Shown: positions 24,851 through 38,769 of the stretch, one piece after another
Position numbering within the stretch: position 1 is the first letter of the stretch
How the letters are laid out: each line of letters opens with the position of its first letter
NCBI RefSeq assembly: GCF_018977255.1
Contig: NW_024704746.1
Span: 10,168,001 to 10,232,000, forward strand
Origin: Callorhinchus milii
Taxonomy: Eukaryota
DNA length: 64,000 nt
Direction: 5' to 3'
Notes under the pieces: generated by a model
The model's database searches: none
What the model was told of the DNA's origin: nothing
The model's input: the letters and a program-made list of their open reading frames with translations, nothing else
Translations under genes and position numbers: made by a program

Positions 24851-25829
24851 AGAGGGTCTGTATCGTTGTATGCTGCACAGAGTGGGGCTGTTTCGTTCTG
24901 TACGGCAATGATTACACTTAACACAATCTGCCATTCTGCTGGTGTAACAATCTCTCCGCCTCTATTTCGATCTCTGTACAATGCACCCCTGCAGCAGACA
25001 TTTATGTTACAATGCTGAAAGGTAACCTTTGTGCTACTAGAACAGATAGAATAAAAGAAAACTGGCAGAGATATTTGTGAGATTGTACTTCCAGGATACT
25101 ATATTGGGTGTGAGAGTCTCTTTGAAAATTGCAGGATCATCTGTGTTGATTCTTTGTACAAGAGGGAGAAGTGGGGAGAGGGGTTTGGGAGGGGAATCAG
25201 GAGAGGGGTGGAGGCTTGTGTGGAGCAGAAACCCAGGTATGGACTATTTGGGCCAAATGGCCTGTTTCAGTGCTGTAAAGGTTGTAATTCTATGTTGTCT
25301 ACAAAGGTCGGAGAATGATCTTTGGCAGAAGAGAAAGTCTTTGTTTTAAAAATCAGCATCGAGGAAAGCCCCTTCAATTGGGTTGCACGAACCTTTAGGT
25401 CTGTAATCGTCTTCTGCTTGTTGCATATTTTCTTCCCAAAGTCAGGATATGAAGGGTGATGATGTGAAGGGCTGGGATGGATGTTTTCTATAAGTATGGA
25501 CAGCCTATGTTAATTTTTTAGATCTGACTTCTTACTTTCCTGGCCCAGGTCACTTCCAGTGTCTACAGTGTTTGTAACATATTGGCTAGAGTACTTGCTT
25601 CGCAAGCAAGAGGACCCGAGTTCGATTCCCGGATGGGGCAAAACCTTAAGCACGTTTCCTTATTCCACAAGTTTACCTAGCAAACTGAATCCACGACTGT
25701 TTGTGTGATACTGCTGTGAGCAATTGGTTGATGCGTTTCACCCACAAAATATAGAGTAAATTCTGTGAAGCGCTTTGAGACATCGCAATAACTTGATAAG
25801 GCGCTATATCAAATGCAAGGATTATTATT

Positions 25830-26265
25830 GCAACAACAACAAGATTTCATTTATAGAGCGCCTTTCATGTCGGGAGGACGTCCCAAGGCGCTGGACAGTT
25901 GGGTCAGGACCTGAGCAGGGGGGAAATGATCAGGGTGAGGGGAAGGAAGGGAGGGAGCGAGGAGGGGGTAGAGAGTCGAGAGGGGAGCTGAAGGCATGGT
26001 CAAAGAGAAAGGTCTTGAGACCGGCCTTGAAGGAGGAAAGGGAGGAAGCAAGGCGAAGGCACTGGGGGATAGAGTTCCAGAGCCTAGGGGCTGAGAGGCT
26101 GAAGGCCCGGCAACCGATGGTAGGGCGGTTGGGGCGGGGGATGTAGAGCAGACCGGAGCCAGAGGAACGGAGGGTATGGGCAGGTAAGTAGGGGGATAGT
26201 AGGTCGGAGAGGTAGGAGGGAGCAAGGCCGTGAATGGCCTTGTAGGTGAGGATGAGGATCTTGAA
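25830..26265 (-). mobile_element. L2-clade LINE 3' fragment, same young family
   Basis: Near-identical to the 3' part of 58490-59151. Its (CAA)n tail abuts a SINE tail at 25830. Confidence 0.9.
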
Positions 26266-29200
26266 TATTATTGTTATTATTCAGGCAATCAAGACTTCCG
26301 CGTGAAGTGGTACTGAGATTTAATTTCAACAGGTACAATGTTCATGTTCAGCATAAAGTCGTTTGAAAATAAATTCAAAATGGGTTTTGACAGACGAATC
26401 ACTGACTGAGGATGTGCGAATGCATGCTCCATCTTTTTCGAAGGCTTTAAGTTTTTACGATTATTCATGCTGAAATGTTTTGGTACAATATTTATTATAT
26501 CTGCACTCTCCAAGCAGTTTGTCTTGCAAGGTCTTTGCAGTCAGAGCGTGTAGAACAGGCAAGCACTGAGTTGACTTTAATTTAATGACAGTTTTAATTT
26601 TTTATTTCAAATGCGACATTGCAAAAGGGACGCTCATAACTGCTGTCTTCAAAAATTGCACGGGTAGCCCTTTGAGTGTTTTTCTTTCTTTCGATGTCAT
26701 GAGACGTGTTTTGAAAGAGCTTTCGGGTTCAGTTGACAACCGTGTGTTGACATTTAGTGTGTTTCTCCTATAGTACATGTGTGAAAACAAAGAACCTCTC
26801 TTGGTGCATTTTTTTTTAGGCATCAGCCTAGCTCAGTTGGTAGCACTCTTGTTTCCGAGTCAGAAACTCATGGGTTGAAGCCTTACATCAGGACTTTGAA
26901 CTCAGACTAGGTTGTGCCTTTGTATCTGGAGGAATGTTGGCCAGAATACCGGGAAGAAAAACTCTCTTCAGTTTATGGCTGAGGTGCACGTTGTTCAATC
27001 GATGCGTAAGATTTTGTAGTATTTCTGGATTTGATGATTTATTTGCCAAAAAATTGATAAAGGAGACGTGTAAATGGAACAGATTAGTGAATAATTCACT
27101 ACAGTTGTATCTAGACTTATTAATCAACTCAGTGCATCCTGTTGTTCAGCACATACTTCTGTACTCAATGCGCATTTGATTTGGTTGGTTCAGTCCAGGC
27201 TACAGAAGACAAGTAAGACTGTTAGATTAACTCCTGTTATACTGAATAGCTGAGCAACTCAACTGCATAACAAATGGATTAGTCACCCTCAGTGACTAAT
27301 TGAACAGAGTTATATAGATGTCATGAACAAGTGGGATGCCAACAGTAGTGTTTCATAGTGTTATTTTGAAAGATGTTGGAACAGGCATTTAATAAGGATG
27401 TTGTACTATTTGTGTATGTCTGTCAACTCAATCAATAAGATAATCCTGTCTAATTATTTCTTCTCTGTAGGTGTCTACTTTATAGCTTTGACTTTACTTT
27501 TCCGTTTTAATAATAAAGGCTATTTTATGTAATCATAGTATGATAATATAATGAGATCAGTGATCAGACTAATGCAATTGGTGTTCAGAATAAGTATTCC
27601 CCTAGATAAAAATTGATCATTCACTTCATAGCTGTTTTTCTTGTCTTCACCTACAAAATATACAGCCACTACACGTTACAAAAAAATCTTGTGAAGCAGT
27701 TTTGAGACATCTCCACAAGGTGATAAGGAAAGATAATTATGAAATGTAAAAGGCAATCCTGATTGGAATTCTGAGTCTGAAGTGGTGAATGTCTTTCATT
27801 TCCACTAGGTAGCGCCAGTGCTCTGCTGGTTGACCAAATTGTGTTGGTGATTCAGTGCAATGGTCATTGCAGTGAAGGGACATTGAAACAGGGGCGAAGG
27901 CAGAATAAAGGAAGAGCAGCATGGAATGTTTTCAATGCAAAGTGCTTTGCTTTTATTCAAAAGTCCTATCAGTTTCGTTTATGATGGACCTCCCCTATCT
28001 TTTAGAAGGGGGCCTCGATTGTCTGCAGTGTCTCAGATTTCATTTCAAGGGCTAAGACGAGCTTAGTTGGCATCGATGTTGCCATTACTCCACATAGTTC
28101 CCAAGAGTAAAACGTCAGGGATTGACGTTGGTTTCATTCCTGCTCACTATTCCGAAGAACTGCCCCAATCCGTGCTGTGGCGCTGCTTGCATCATTAAAG
28201 ACTCAACTTGTTCCTGTGGTGCTGCACCGGCACCGAGTCTCTTTTTCCAAGTAAACATTTGCTGAGCTTCCCATGGGTCATTTTGCCTCGGGGCTGCCAT
28301 TTAGTTGGCCTTGGACTCATGGAGGGAGGGAGGGAAGGAGAGAGGAGGAAGGAAACACTTAACACAGATTGCATCCTCCATCTCAGTACAAAATTATTTG
28401 CTGCTTGTCTCAAGTCAAAATTCATAAATATCTTGCTCATTCAGTCGCTTACTTATTGAGTCAGCCCCAGCACCTACGCCCACATATGAAATCCTACACT
28501 GTCACTGCCTTTTACTCAGCTGTTCCTGCTGGAGACACAGACCTGGTATCTGTGCACTGACCCTTTACTGTAATCAACCATGTGCTGGTCTTGTGCTGCT
28601 TTACAGCCAAGAATTGGAGTAAAAGCATTTTATGAATCCATTTTCTCATCTAATTCGCATGTGTCAGCCTGAATCCATAGATCACACTATGAGTCAAAAG
28701 ATGTGGGTTGAAGCCCCATGTCAGGACATTGAATTCATAATAGTTTGGGCTGACATTTCAGTGTAAGTACTTGGGTGGGCTCCAATGTCCCACAACCAGC
28801 CATGAAGTGAATGATCAATATTATCTGGGGGATCTTTAACATCCACTTAAACAAGCACACGGGACCTTAAGTTAACATCTCATCTAAAGGACTCCACTTC
28901 CAACAATACAACACACCCCCAGTGCTGCATTGGAGTTTAAACCCAGATTATATGAGTTCAAAGTCCTGACGAGGGGCTTGAATTTACAACCTTTGACTCG
29001 GAGGCAAAAGAACTACCAACTGTGACAGGCTCATGCATATTTGTTCAGAACCTATAGTTTTAATTCATATAATTTAGTAGAATTTCGATATTTCTTCACT
29101 ATTTCCCCACCCTTTGCAGTGACGTACTGCAGTTATTTTTAGGTCAATTAACAGTTCCTAAAATTATTAATTTTACAGATGCCTTCTGTTAAAACTGGGA

Positions 29201-30138
29201 AATGAATTGATGTTATCCTATTCTGACAATGATTTATTATGGTCGGGAACATGAGGAGAGCTGCTGTCCAGACACAGTTTGGCTCGTGGTGTTGGAAAAT
29301 GTGAGAAATGGATCCGCCAGAAGAGAGGTTGCGGGGATGAGATGTTTTTTTGGAACGGACCAAGTCTGTGCTCACAGTGAAAGATATGATGCAGTTTCCT
29401 CCCTTTTGAAGATCATTGGCTGCTTATTTCTTCTCCCATTGGAGGGGTTGGGTGGGGGCCTGGGGGTGAGATAGGACAACAGCTTACATTTAGATAGTGC
29501 CCTTAAGAACATAAGAAATACTAGATGATGAAGAAACACCAAGGTCCATCTAGTTCGCCTTCCACCTTCCTGGCGGTCGCATGCACACATGTCCCAAGCT
29601 ACCTATGTATTATATCTCATAATGTTCTCTCCTAAAAGAAAAATATCTAATCTGTGCTTGAAAGAATCAACATTTCTTGCTTCAATCGTCTCCCTAGGGA
29701 GCCTATTCCATAGGTTCACTATTCGCTCACTGAAATAGTGTTTGCGTAGATTCTTTCTGAATTTAACCCCTTCAATCACAGTACTGCCGTGTACTCTGGT
29801 TCTACTATTCTGGACAAGTTGATACAGCTTGTCATGATCTATATTGTCTTGCCTCTTCAGGTGGATTGGGTCATGGAGCGCTTAACAGGGATAGAACTTG
29901 ATGCCGAGTCAGATAGGGGGTGGGGGGGAAAACAGAGTGACCGAAGCATGGTCGAAGAGGAAAGTGACAGGTGTGACTTAGAGGGGGCAATTAGTTAGCT
30001 GGGACTGATGTTTCTGTGAGACTGGAGCTCATTTCACACTAGACAATGTCTAGACTGGAGTATTACTATGCCTTTACTAGGGCAGAGAGGTGTTGGAGCA
30101 TACAATTTCTCCCTTTAGTTTGTCCTAGTTTGCACTCT

Positions 30139-30976
30139 CCACCTCTCAAAGCCAGTCAGGAACCTCGGCGTTTTGTTCGACCCTGAGCTGTCCTTTCTCC
30201 CTCACATCCGCACCACAACTGGCACCGCCTTCCATCACCTCCGGAATATCGCCAGATTACGGCACTACCTCACCCCTCACGCTGCTGAAACCCTGGTTCA
30301 CGCCTTTGTCACCTCAAGGCTGGACTATGGAACTCTCTCCTCGCCGGCCTTCCCGCCACCTCCCTCCACAAGCTGCAGGTCATTCAGAACTCTTCAGCTC
30401 GTGTACTGTCCCGCACCAGGCTTCGGGACCACATCACTCCCACCCTCGCTCTCCTCCACTGGCTCCCCATCCCCCAGAGGATTGATTTCAAGATCCTCAT
30501 CCTCACCTACAAGGCCATTCACGGCCTTGCTCCCTCCTACCTCTCCAACCTACTATCCCCTACCTACCTGCCCGTACCCTCCGTTCCTCTGGCTCCGGTC
30601 TGCTCCACGTCCCCCGCCCCAACCGCCCTACTATCGGTGGTCGGGCCTTCAGCCTCTCAGCCCCGAGGCTCTGGAACTCTATCCCCAGTGCCTTCGCCTT
30701 GCTTCCTCCCTTTCCTCCTTCAAGGCCGGTCTCAAAACCTTTCTCTTTGACCGTGCCTTCAGCTCCCCTCTCGACTCTCTTCCTCCTCCTCGCTCCCTCC
30801 CTTCCCTCCCCTCACCCTGACCATTTCCCCCTCCTCTCTCCCTCCCTTCCCTCCCCTCACCCTGACCATTTCCCCCCTGCTCGGGTCATGACCCAACTGT
30901 GCAGCGCCTTGGGACGTCCTCCTGACGTGAAAGGCGCTCTATAAATGGAATCTTGTTGTTGTTGTTGTTGTTGTTG
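30139..30976 (+). mobile_element. L2-clade LINE, 5'-truncated young copy (ORF2 C-terminus with frameshift, 3' UTR, (TTG)n tail)
   Basis: Encodes AFHHLRNIARLRHYLTPHAAETLVHAFVTSRLDYG... Ends gcgccttgggacgtcctcctgacgtgaaaggcgctctataaatggaatc(ttg)n. Has an internal ~46-bp tandem duplication near 30795-30880. Confidence 0.92.
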
Positions 30977-32669
30977 TCCTTCCCTTCATAGGGCAAATCT
31001 ATCAGATGGGTGTCTGACCTTAAACATCCTATTCCGATTTTTGATCCACATTTTTAAAAAATATATATATTTTTGACCTTTTGTCCTCATGTGTTTAAGC
31101 TTCAGAATGACACTTAGCCTTGTGTGTTAATGTGTGTCATGGTGCTGTAATTCCAGGAATTAGAATACCGTTAGCTGTGAGCTCTCAAGCAAGTGATCTG
31201 CTTCAGTACCAGAACAACACAGCGTTGTTTCAATTGGGGAAACTGTTGTTTTAACTTCAATAGAGATGAGCCATTGATAAGCTTTTTTTTTGGCTCCATC
31301 CCATGAGAGCTGAGGACTGGATCAAGGCTTACTAAGCAGGACACTGAGTCACCACCAGTTAGACTGAATGGCATTTGCTGGAGGTGCAGTTTTGCTGAGG
31401 GCAGCAGAGTGTATGTTTAGGAATTTCTGAGCATCATTGTGCCCGATTGTGCGAGATGCCTGTGGGCAGCAATTGGCTTTGCTCTACTTCATTCTGAGGG
31501 CCGGCAGTATGACTCAGCATGGGAGGATGGCCATGTTACGATGTGCTGGGCAGCAAAATAAATCCCTTGTTATAGCTGGCCAAACACTTTTGAGTAAGTC
31601 GTGGAACAAAATAGTTTGCCAATTTTTTTTAAAAGAACACACACACAAACTACTTTATGACTTTGTGAAGTCATGTGGCTGCAATATTATTTCGTACTTA
31701 GAGGAGAACAACCCAGTTTATATTATGTGAAAAATAAAGCACTCTAGAAAAAGGTGTACAACTACGCTGATTTGATGTATCTGTTATACCTTCTCTTTGG
31801 AGTCTAAATAATTCAAGTTTTGATTTACACCTCCCCCCTTGTATTTACTGCTATTTTTTGGGAGGTCAGCCAGATTTCTGGCACCTATGGAAGCCCATAA
31901 CCATGCTTAAGAGTATCCAAACCAGATTGAGAGTTCAACGTACATTTGTTACCTAAAAACGTAAAAATAGCCCATTGAGTTTGCACAGGCTCACAGAACA
32001 AGGAGATCACATCAGTCCTATGGAAATTTCCCACTGTCTGAAATGAAAAGTGTTCTCTCCCCGGAGGGATGCACCTTGCTAACCAAATTCCAAAGAATAA
32101 TAGGTGCAGGTTGGGAGAGCCAAAGCTTGGGGATTCCAGAGCAGGCATTAGGGTAACTATTGGAGTTCTACCAGCTAAAAATGCATAGCTTGCTATCTAT
32201 CTTAGTTATATGGCAAACTTCCTACTGCTTGTCCAGCTAGGACCATCTGCCAGTTATAGCTTTGTTTGGTAGGGTTAAGGGGAGCAGAATGAGAAAAATC
32301 TCTGCTTCCAGTGATCGATCTGTCCTCCAAGACCAGCTGATGAACCAAGCTGGCTAGTCTGTCATCAGCAGTGCCCTGGACTACTGAGGAACTATCCAGT
32401 TCAGGAAGTGGACTGAAGAGACCACCGTAGAGGCGTTGACTCTATTCTGACATTCTATTGCTAAACATGTTAACTTGAAGCCAGGCCATTAACTTACCGA
32501 GGTGGATAGATTTACTACCTATTGTTGTTGCTGGCTCTATCCCCTCTGTTTTTGTGCCGTGTTTCCAACGTGGCTCATTGTGTCGGATTGTGTTTATGTG
32601 AAATATTTTGCGAGCCTTTCTGACAGTGAATGCTGTGATATATGTGCCTGTCTGTTTTTGCTGGAATGG

Positions 32670-32693
32670 ATGCGTTTCCCCTGGGATCACAAG
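32670..32693 (+). CDS. Candidate alternative first coding exon (MRFPWDHK, phase 0), possibly RGL1
   Basis: ATG...AAG|gtaaat. The M-[KR]-x-x-W-x-x-K pattern resembles human RGL1 MKLLWQAK. Kozak context is weak, and an out-of-frame ATG with better context lies 4 nt upstream. Confidence 0.3.
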
Positions 32694-34921
32694 GTAAATG
32701 TGCCTGAGCTCAGCGTGCTGATTTTAGTTCTGAACAATAAAACTTCACAACTAACCTTGCCACGTTAGCAAGTGTTTGAATGAAGAGAAGGGAGTTTCTC
32801 CCTGGGTCCTTGCCAACAATCCCACAAATAAATTTGGTCATTCGCTTCATGGCTCTTTGTGGATTATTGCTGTGCTCAAATGGGCTGCCACATTCAACAA
32901 CAAATACACGGTCACTACACTGTACAGTAAATTTTGTGAAGCGCTTTGAGATGTCCCCCTGATGTGAAAAGCGCAATACTGAATACACGGATTATTATTC
33001 CGATTATGCAGTGTTCAATGAGTCAAAGCTATTGCAAGTCTAAGGGGAGGATTCATTGTGAACATTGTATGTCATTTGGTAGGGATTTTTAAAAAATTCA
33101 AGAGGCTGCAAAACTTCCTAGTGTTTTCTTTCAGCCATATATTGAAAGTGGAGATTTGACTGTGTTAAAAGGAGCTGGTCAGACTTCATGTAGGACATTC
33201 ATTGAAAAACTACTTTAATTGCCAGATTAAAATTGCAAGATTATCATATAGTTTACCATTGAATTACATACAATTACAGAGAAAATTATAGCACGGAAAC
33301 CGGGCATTCAGCCCAACTAGTCCGTGCCAATGTTTATACTCCATATAAGTCCCTCCTGTTCCTTTCTCTCACACTCCTTTATTCCCTTCTCCCTTACATA
33401 TGCATCAGATTTCCTCTTAAGTACAATGATGTGCTATAAAGTAGGTCAGGTGGTTATGAGCAACTCGTTGGTCATTTGGGACCATCGTTGTGTGTGTTGC
33501 GAGCTTGGAATGCAGGCCGTTTGTAAATGTCAGGACATTATGGATTCGTTCAACTTGGGAACATCGATGCTTTGATGCCATTTGTTATAATCAGGTTTGA
33601 CAGCCGTGCTTCAAGTGACCTTTACAGACACTGGCACAGGCTGCTGTTAGTGTTTCACTTACAGCTGTGCAAATCTCATCAGGGTGGGCGTTCTAAGCTT
33701 AGTTTATCAATTCCACTGCAGGTTTATTGGGTGAGTGAGATCTCTGTGGGTGTGAGGGGGCGGGGGGAAGAGGAGTTGGGAAAAGGGATTGGGAAAAGGC
33801 GCAAATATCAAGGAACAAAATTCACTAATTGCAGGAGCATTGGAGATGTGGAGCTACTGTGCCTCAGCTGACAGTCACAAAGTTTCCCCAAAGGGCTTGT
33901 TTCTCTGGGCCAGTTGGACGTCTGCCCTCCAGACATTTTTTCTATTTGCTGTTTTTCCTCCCTGACCCTTTCCTGGAGTGGCAGTTCAGTGCTGACACAT
34001 GGGAGTCTCCACGGCACACGCTAAATCACACTCTTCGCAGGCAGTCATGGCCAAAGTGGGAGTAGCGCTGTACATCCATTGGTTCATAAATTGCTGAGGA
34101 ATGTTAACTGCTGGTTCTCACATTGCCAGAAATGTCAGGATTCAGTGTTTTTTTAAAAAAAATAAAGCGCTTCCTCTCCTCGTGTATTTGACCAGGTCTT
34201 TCTGACGTCTGAGCATCGGTTTCTTGTTAACTTACTGCTTCTTCTCGATGGTAATACCCTACCTTTATGGATGGAGGAAAACCAAGTTACGTCTGGCAGT
34301 AAAATCCAATCCGTCTACAAAATGCTAAGTGCAATGTTTATGAAGAGACCAACTGTGAACCATTACAATAACTATTCAGCCGCATTTTATGAACTGAATG
34401 GAAAATGTATTCTGGTTTTGCCCCAATTCTCTTTATTAAAAGCTCCTTTTAAGGATTGCAGCTGCCGATCAGGCTGTCTAAACAGTGAATATTTTGATTC
34501 ATCACTTATTCTGTTTTTAAATCCTTCTCCCCCAACACCTAACCCTCACTCCTCTTTGTTCCAACTCTCTCCATGTATGTGTGTTTTCCAGTCTTTATCT
34601 CTGCTTCATTGTATTCTATCATGGGCGGAAACAGTTTTTTTTCCCCCTCCCCCTCTCTGATACTAAAGTTATGGACTTAAAATAATAAAAGCTTATGATG
34701 CCAAAGCAGTTTTTGTTTGGCTCTTTCTTTGACGACGTGATAAGGCGGAAAAATCAAATGCAGGAATTATCATTATTTTATCATCTCATCAGCTCATTCC
34801 TATTAGTTTCTCTGATAATCCTTTTTTAATAAAAAAAATGTCATTGCTTTATTATTTGCTGATCAAAGTGTGTATTTGTGTATTTAATTATTTGTACATT
34901 TAACAGTAATGCTAGTAATGT

Positions 34922-35290
34922 GGAGTTCTGTAGCTCAGTGGTTAGAGCACTCGCCTTTCAAGCGACCGACCTAGGTTTGAATCCCACAGGGCAAAACATT
35001 GGGCAAGTTTCCTTACTCCACATGCCTCTGTTTACCTAGCAGTAAGTAAGGACCCAGTTGTTAGTCAATTGTTGGATCACTTTTCTGGGGGTAATAATTC
35101 CTTAAAAACATTTTTAAAAATTGGTCACTCAATCCACAACTGTTTGTGGGACACTGCTGTGTGCAATTGGCTGCCGTGTTTCGCCCACAAAAATATAGTC
35201 AATTCACTTGACAGTATATTCTGTGAAATGCTTTGAGACGTCTAGAATATGTGATAAGGCGCTATATCAAATGCAAGGAATATTATTATT
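34922..35290 (+). mobile_element. tRNA-derived SINE, short family, full length (also 62917-63291 +, 18688-19068 -, 40597-40892 -, 44367-44639 -)
   Basis: ggagttctgtagctcagtggttagagcactcgc head through atcaaatgcaagga(tta)n tail. About 35-40 tail-bearing copies or fragments counted by eye across the window. Confidence 0.87.
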
Positions 35291-38200
35291 AATCCTTGCA
35301 TTTGATATAATGCCTTATCACGTAGTTGAGACATATCAAAGCACTTCACAGGATATACTGTAAAGTGGATTGACTGTGTTTTGTGGATGAAACATGGTAG
35401 CCAGCAGTGAACAGGAATGTCCCATAAACAGCCATGGAGTGAGTGATCAATTATATTTGAGGGATTGTTGGCCAGGATTTGTGTATGAACCACATACATG
35501 ACCCACCGTCGAGACCAATGTGTGGTTGTGAATTATAATTTTTGCACTTGGTGTATCCTTATCACATCGTCGACATCTCAAAGCATTTTACAATTTTGTT
35601 TATTGTCAAATGTAGTGACTAAGTGTATTTGTAGGCAAATGCAACCGCCAGTTTGTGCACAGCAATGTCCCACAAACAACCATGATCAATTTTACCTGGG
35701 AGGTTGTTGGTCAGGACACCAGGTGAAACTCCCTCCTCGTCTCAAATGGGATCTTTAATTCACCTGAAGTTGCTTTAATCTGAATTCTGTAGGCACGGAT
35801 CCAAACTTACTGCGGAGTTCCTTTTTAAAAGGACCTCTCATTTCCAGATCAGGAAAATCTTACAGATTATAGTTGATCAAGACAAGAGTTTGTGGAAAAG
35901 TTTCCTAGCTTTACCAATGAACAAGATGAGAAAGAATAAGGGTGTGTGTTCTGAGACTATCTGAGATGGAGCTCTCCCAAGCAAGTTAATTTGATGCTCT
36001 GTTCTCTGCTTCTATTTGATCACTGGGACTGAATGCAAGACATGAACAGCAGTCCTCAAGCTGTTTGCTGATGCAAAGCGAGAGGTTCCCCAGGGATCTC
36101 CTTTCTAAGAGATTTTTCCTTTTGAGATAAGTGTATCTAATGCATATGTGGGATGTCACTTTATTGGTTTCCTTGCTTTAGTATTAAAGATTAAGACCTT
36201 TGTCTTCCTTTAAAAACTGCTTTGGATGGGGGAGACGGAAGGGAGAGAGAGAAATAAACCATATTGAAGTAGAATGATTACACTATGCTTGACTTAAGCA
36301 TAACTTTCTGTCCTGTACATGATGTTCTTTCAAAGTACTTTGGGAGCTGTGAAGCACTCAAGTTGAGGGCAGTCTTAGTTTTATTGTTTCCCAGTGCTTG
36401 GGGAATCCATGTCTTCGCAAAGAGCCTTTAGAGGTTTGAATGGAGAATGGAAGGGATGATTTCACTGGTATATGTGAAATGGCCCCAATTGCACACTATC
36501 AAGGTTGGTTATCATATGGATCAATGGATGTGTGTGCCCAAGGAATGTAGAACTATTGCCATGAGTATGTGACCAATAAACAATACTTAAAGTGTACATT
36601 CATTTAAACAACAGCAACTTATATTTACATAGTACCCTGACCCCGGCTGGGGCGGTGGAGGGAAGTTGCCATGGGTGTGTTTCAAGAAGTCGGCTTTGAG
36701 GCAGGAAGTAGACAGGTAAAGCAAGGGGTAAGAGGGAGGGAGTTTGAGAGGTGAAGTCACAGAATCAGATGGTTTAGCCATAACTGGAGGCACGGAAAGG
36801 TTGGGAGACGTGCAGTGAGCCTGAGTTAGCCAAGTGGAGGAGTTGGGTTTGATTTTGCTTAACAAACCAAGCTGCTAAACCTTGGAGCTATGAGTCAGTG
36901 AGACGTCCAAGTCACATTTTTCTTTAGCAGTCCACACTAGTGATTTGGCCTCGTCAATAGGAACAACGATATCTGTGGCCGTCTACTTGCTACTTGGGTG
37001 GGCCTTTTGTTTTTGTTTATATATAAAAAAAAATTTTAAAAAATAACTGGACAGAGACCAGTTAACTGGATACGAAAGGAATCGATGACTAAACTCTTAG
37101 TTCAATTGTCTGCTATGTCTTGCACTTTATCCTCGCAAAATTCATCCTCCAGGTTCCTACACTCCTCTCAGTGCTCGTCTCCTATTTTCCACTCGTACCA
37201 GTTGCTCTACATTAACTTGTTTAAGTGATCATAGATCACGTTGATGGTGGATACTGGAACCTTAGCAGGCTGTTTTAAACCTGGGGCAGGAGGAGAGAAG
37301 TAGAAAGAAAGAGAGAGGGGAGCACTGTGACCAAATCCACTCAATAAAAATAACAATAATAATCCTTGCATTTGATATAGCGCCTTATCACGTGTTCTAG
37401 AAGTCTCAAAGCGCTTCACAGAATATGCTGTAAAGTGAATTGACTGTATTTTTGTGCGTGAAACGCAGCAGCCAATTAGACAAAGCAGTGTCCCACAAAC
37501 AGTCGTGGTTTGTGTGACCAACTTATCATTTTTTTTAAATTATGCCAATGCACTCTCACTCTCCAGTGAGAGATCACTGGATAGTGCTCAGAAATGCCAA
37601 TTATCGCAACCACAACCTCCGATCTGGATGAGATCAAGTCGCTTGGTTGTGCTACCCCCCGATCAGGTCTACAACTCACCCCAGTTAACACTGCACCAGG
37701 TTAATGCCTGTACTAATCCCGAAGCTCGATTATTCTGAATCACATTCGCCTACAAAGTACAGAGTCGATACATTTTACAGTTAATCCAGTGAAGTGCTTT
37801 GAGATGTTTCCCTCTCCCCACCCGAGGATGGGAAAGCCACTGTATCTAAGGCAAGGATTATTTGTTTAACTGACAAATGCCTTGATCGCTGCTCCAGAGA
37901 AGTTGATCTTTTTTTTCAACCTTCACGTTTTGCAGTTCTGAGAAGAAATGGGACAACATGCAACCACTAAAAAGACATCAAGTTTTCCTCCCCACCCCCA
38001 CCCTTTCCGTTTTTGAACGGGTCTGCAGGATGGCTCTTGTTAAATATTAAACCCAACGTTGTCTTTAGGAACAGGATGTGCTGCCACAACTGACTCTCGT
38101 TCGGTACATAGTCCCACGAGTGCCAGCACCATGAAAGAAATTGCTTGAATGATGGGATTTTCAGCATTGTTTGTGTTCAGTCACGTGATTTTGTATGGAT

Positions 38201-38769
38201 CAGTAAAAGTACATGCCATCAACACAACTTGTGTTCGCTTGATCAGACGTTAAGAATCTTTTGTTTTAATCTTTTTTTGAGAGACCGGTTTATTTTGAGA
38301 GAAGTAAAATCACTGACTGAGATCTAATTTGCAGTATTAACTGGATTCCTTAATCAGGAATCCCCTTTAGAATTCCTGCCGACCTGTAAATAGTCCACAT
38401 TGCAAGTAGATTGCTTAATTGCTTAGCGTACTTGATGTGGATCTTCATTTGCTTGGTGGGGGGGGGCGGAAGGGAAGTTAAATGAAGATATTCTCCCCTT
38501 TACAGAATTAAAAGTAAACATTTTTCACCATCCTCTTAACTTCCAAAGTGGGCGATTTTTATGTTTGCTAAAGGAATTTTCTAGTTCGCAAGCTGGAAAT
38601 TTGCTGTGAATACAACTTCTCTGATGAACATAAGTGCACGGCTGGGGTGGGTGGGGGTGGGGGGCTTGAGGCGGGGAAGAAGGGTTAGATAGTTTACCAT
38701 TTAACATAAATTATACATTAATTTCTAATGAGAATTCCTGATTAAGGAATCCAGATTAAGGCGTTTCTG

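Noticed and set aside
28115-28300. 61-aa minus-strand ORF MAAPRQNDPW...
   Set aside because: No similarity to expected neighbours (ARPC5, TSEN15, RGL1), and the length is within chance expectation.
30173-30820. 215-aa ORF (and the 193/180-aa ORFs at 58519-59218, 124-aa ORF at 25851)
   Set aside because: Frameshifted or alternative-frame readings of L2 ORF2 3' ends, not host genes.
34248-34256. ATG|gtaata as a Met-only first exon
   Set aside because: Weak donor and no homology evidence.
34922-34995. tRNA-like sequences (also 8285-8358, 62917-62990 and others)
   Set aside because: A/B boxes are present but there is no closing acceptor stem, and each continues into the SINE body. They are SINE heads, not tRNA genes.
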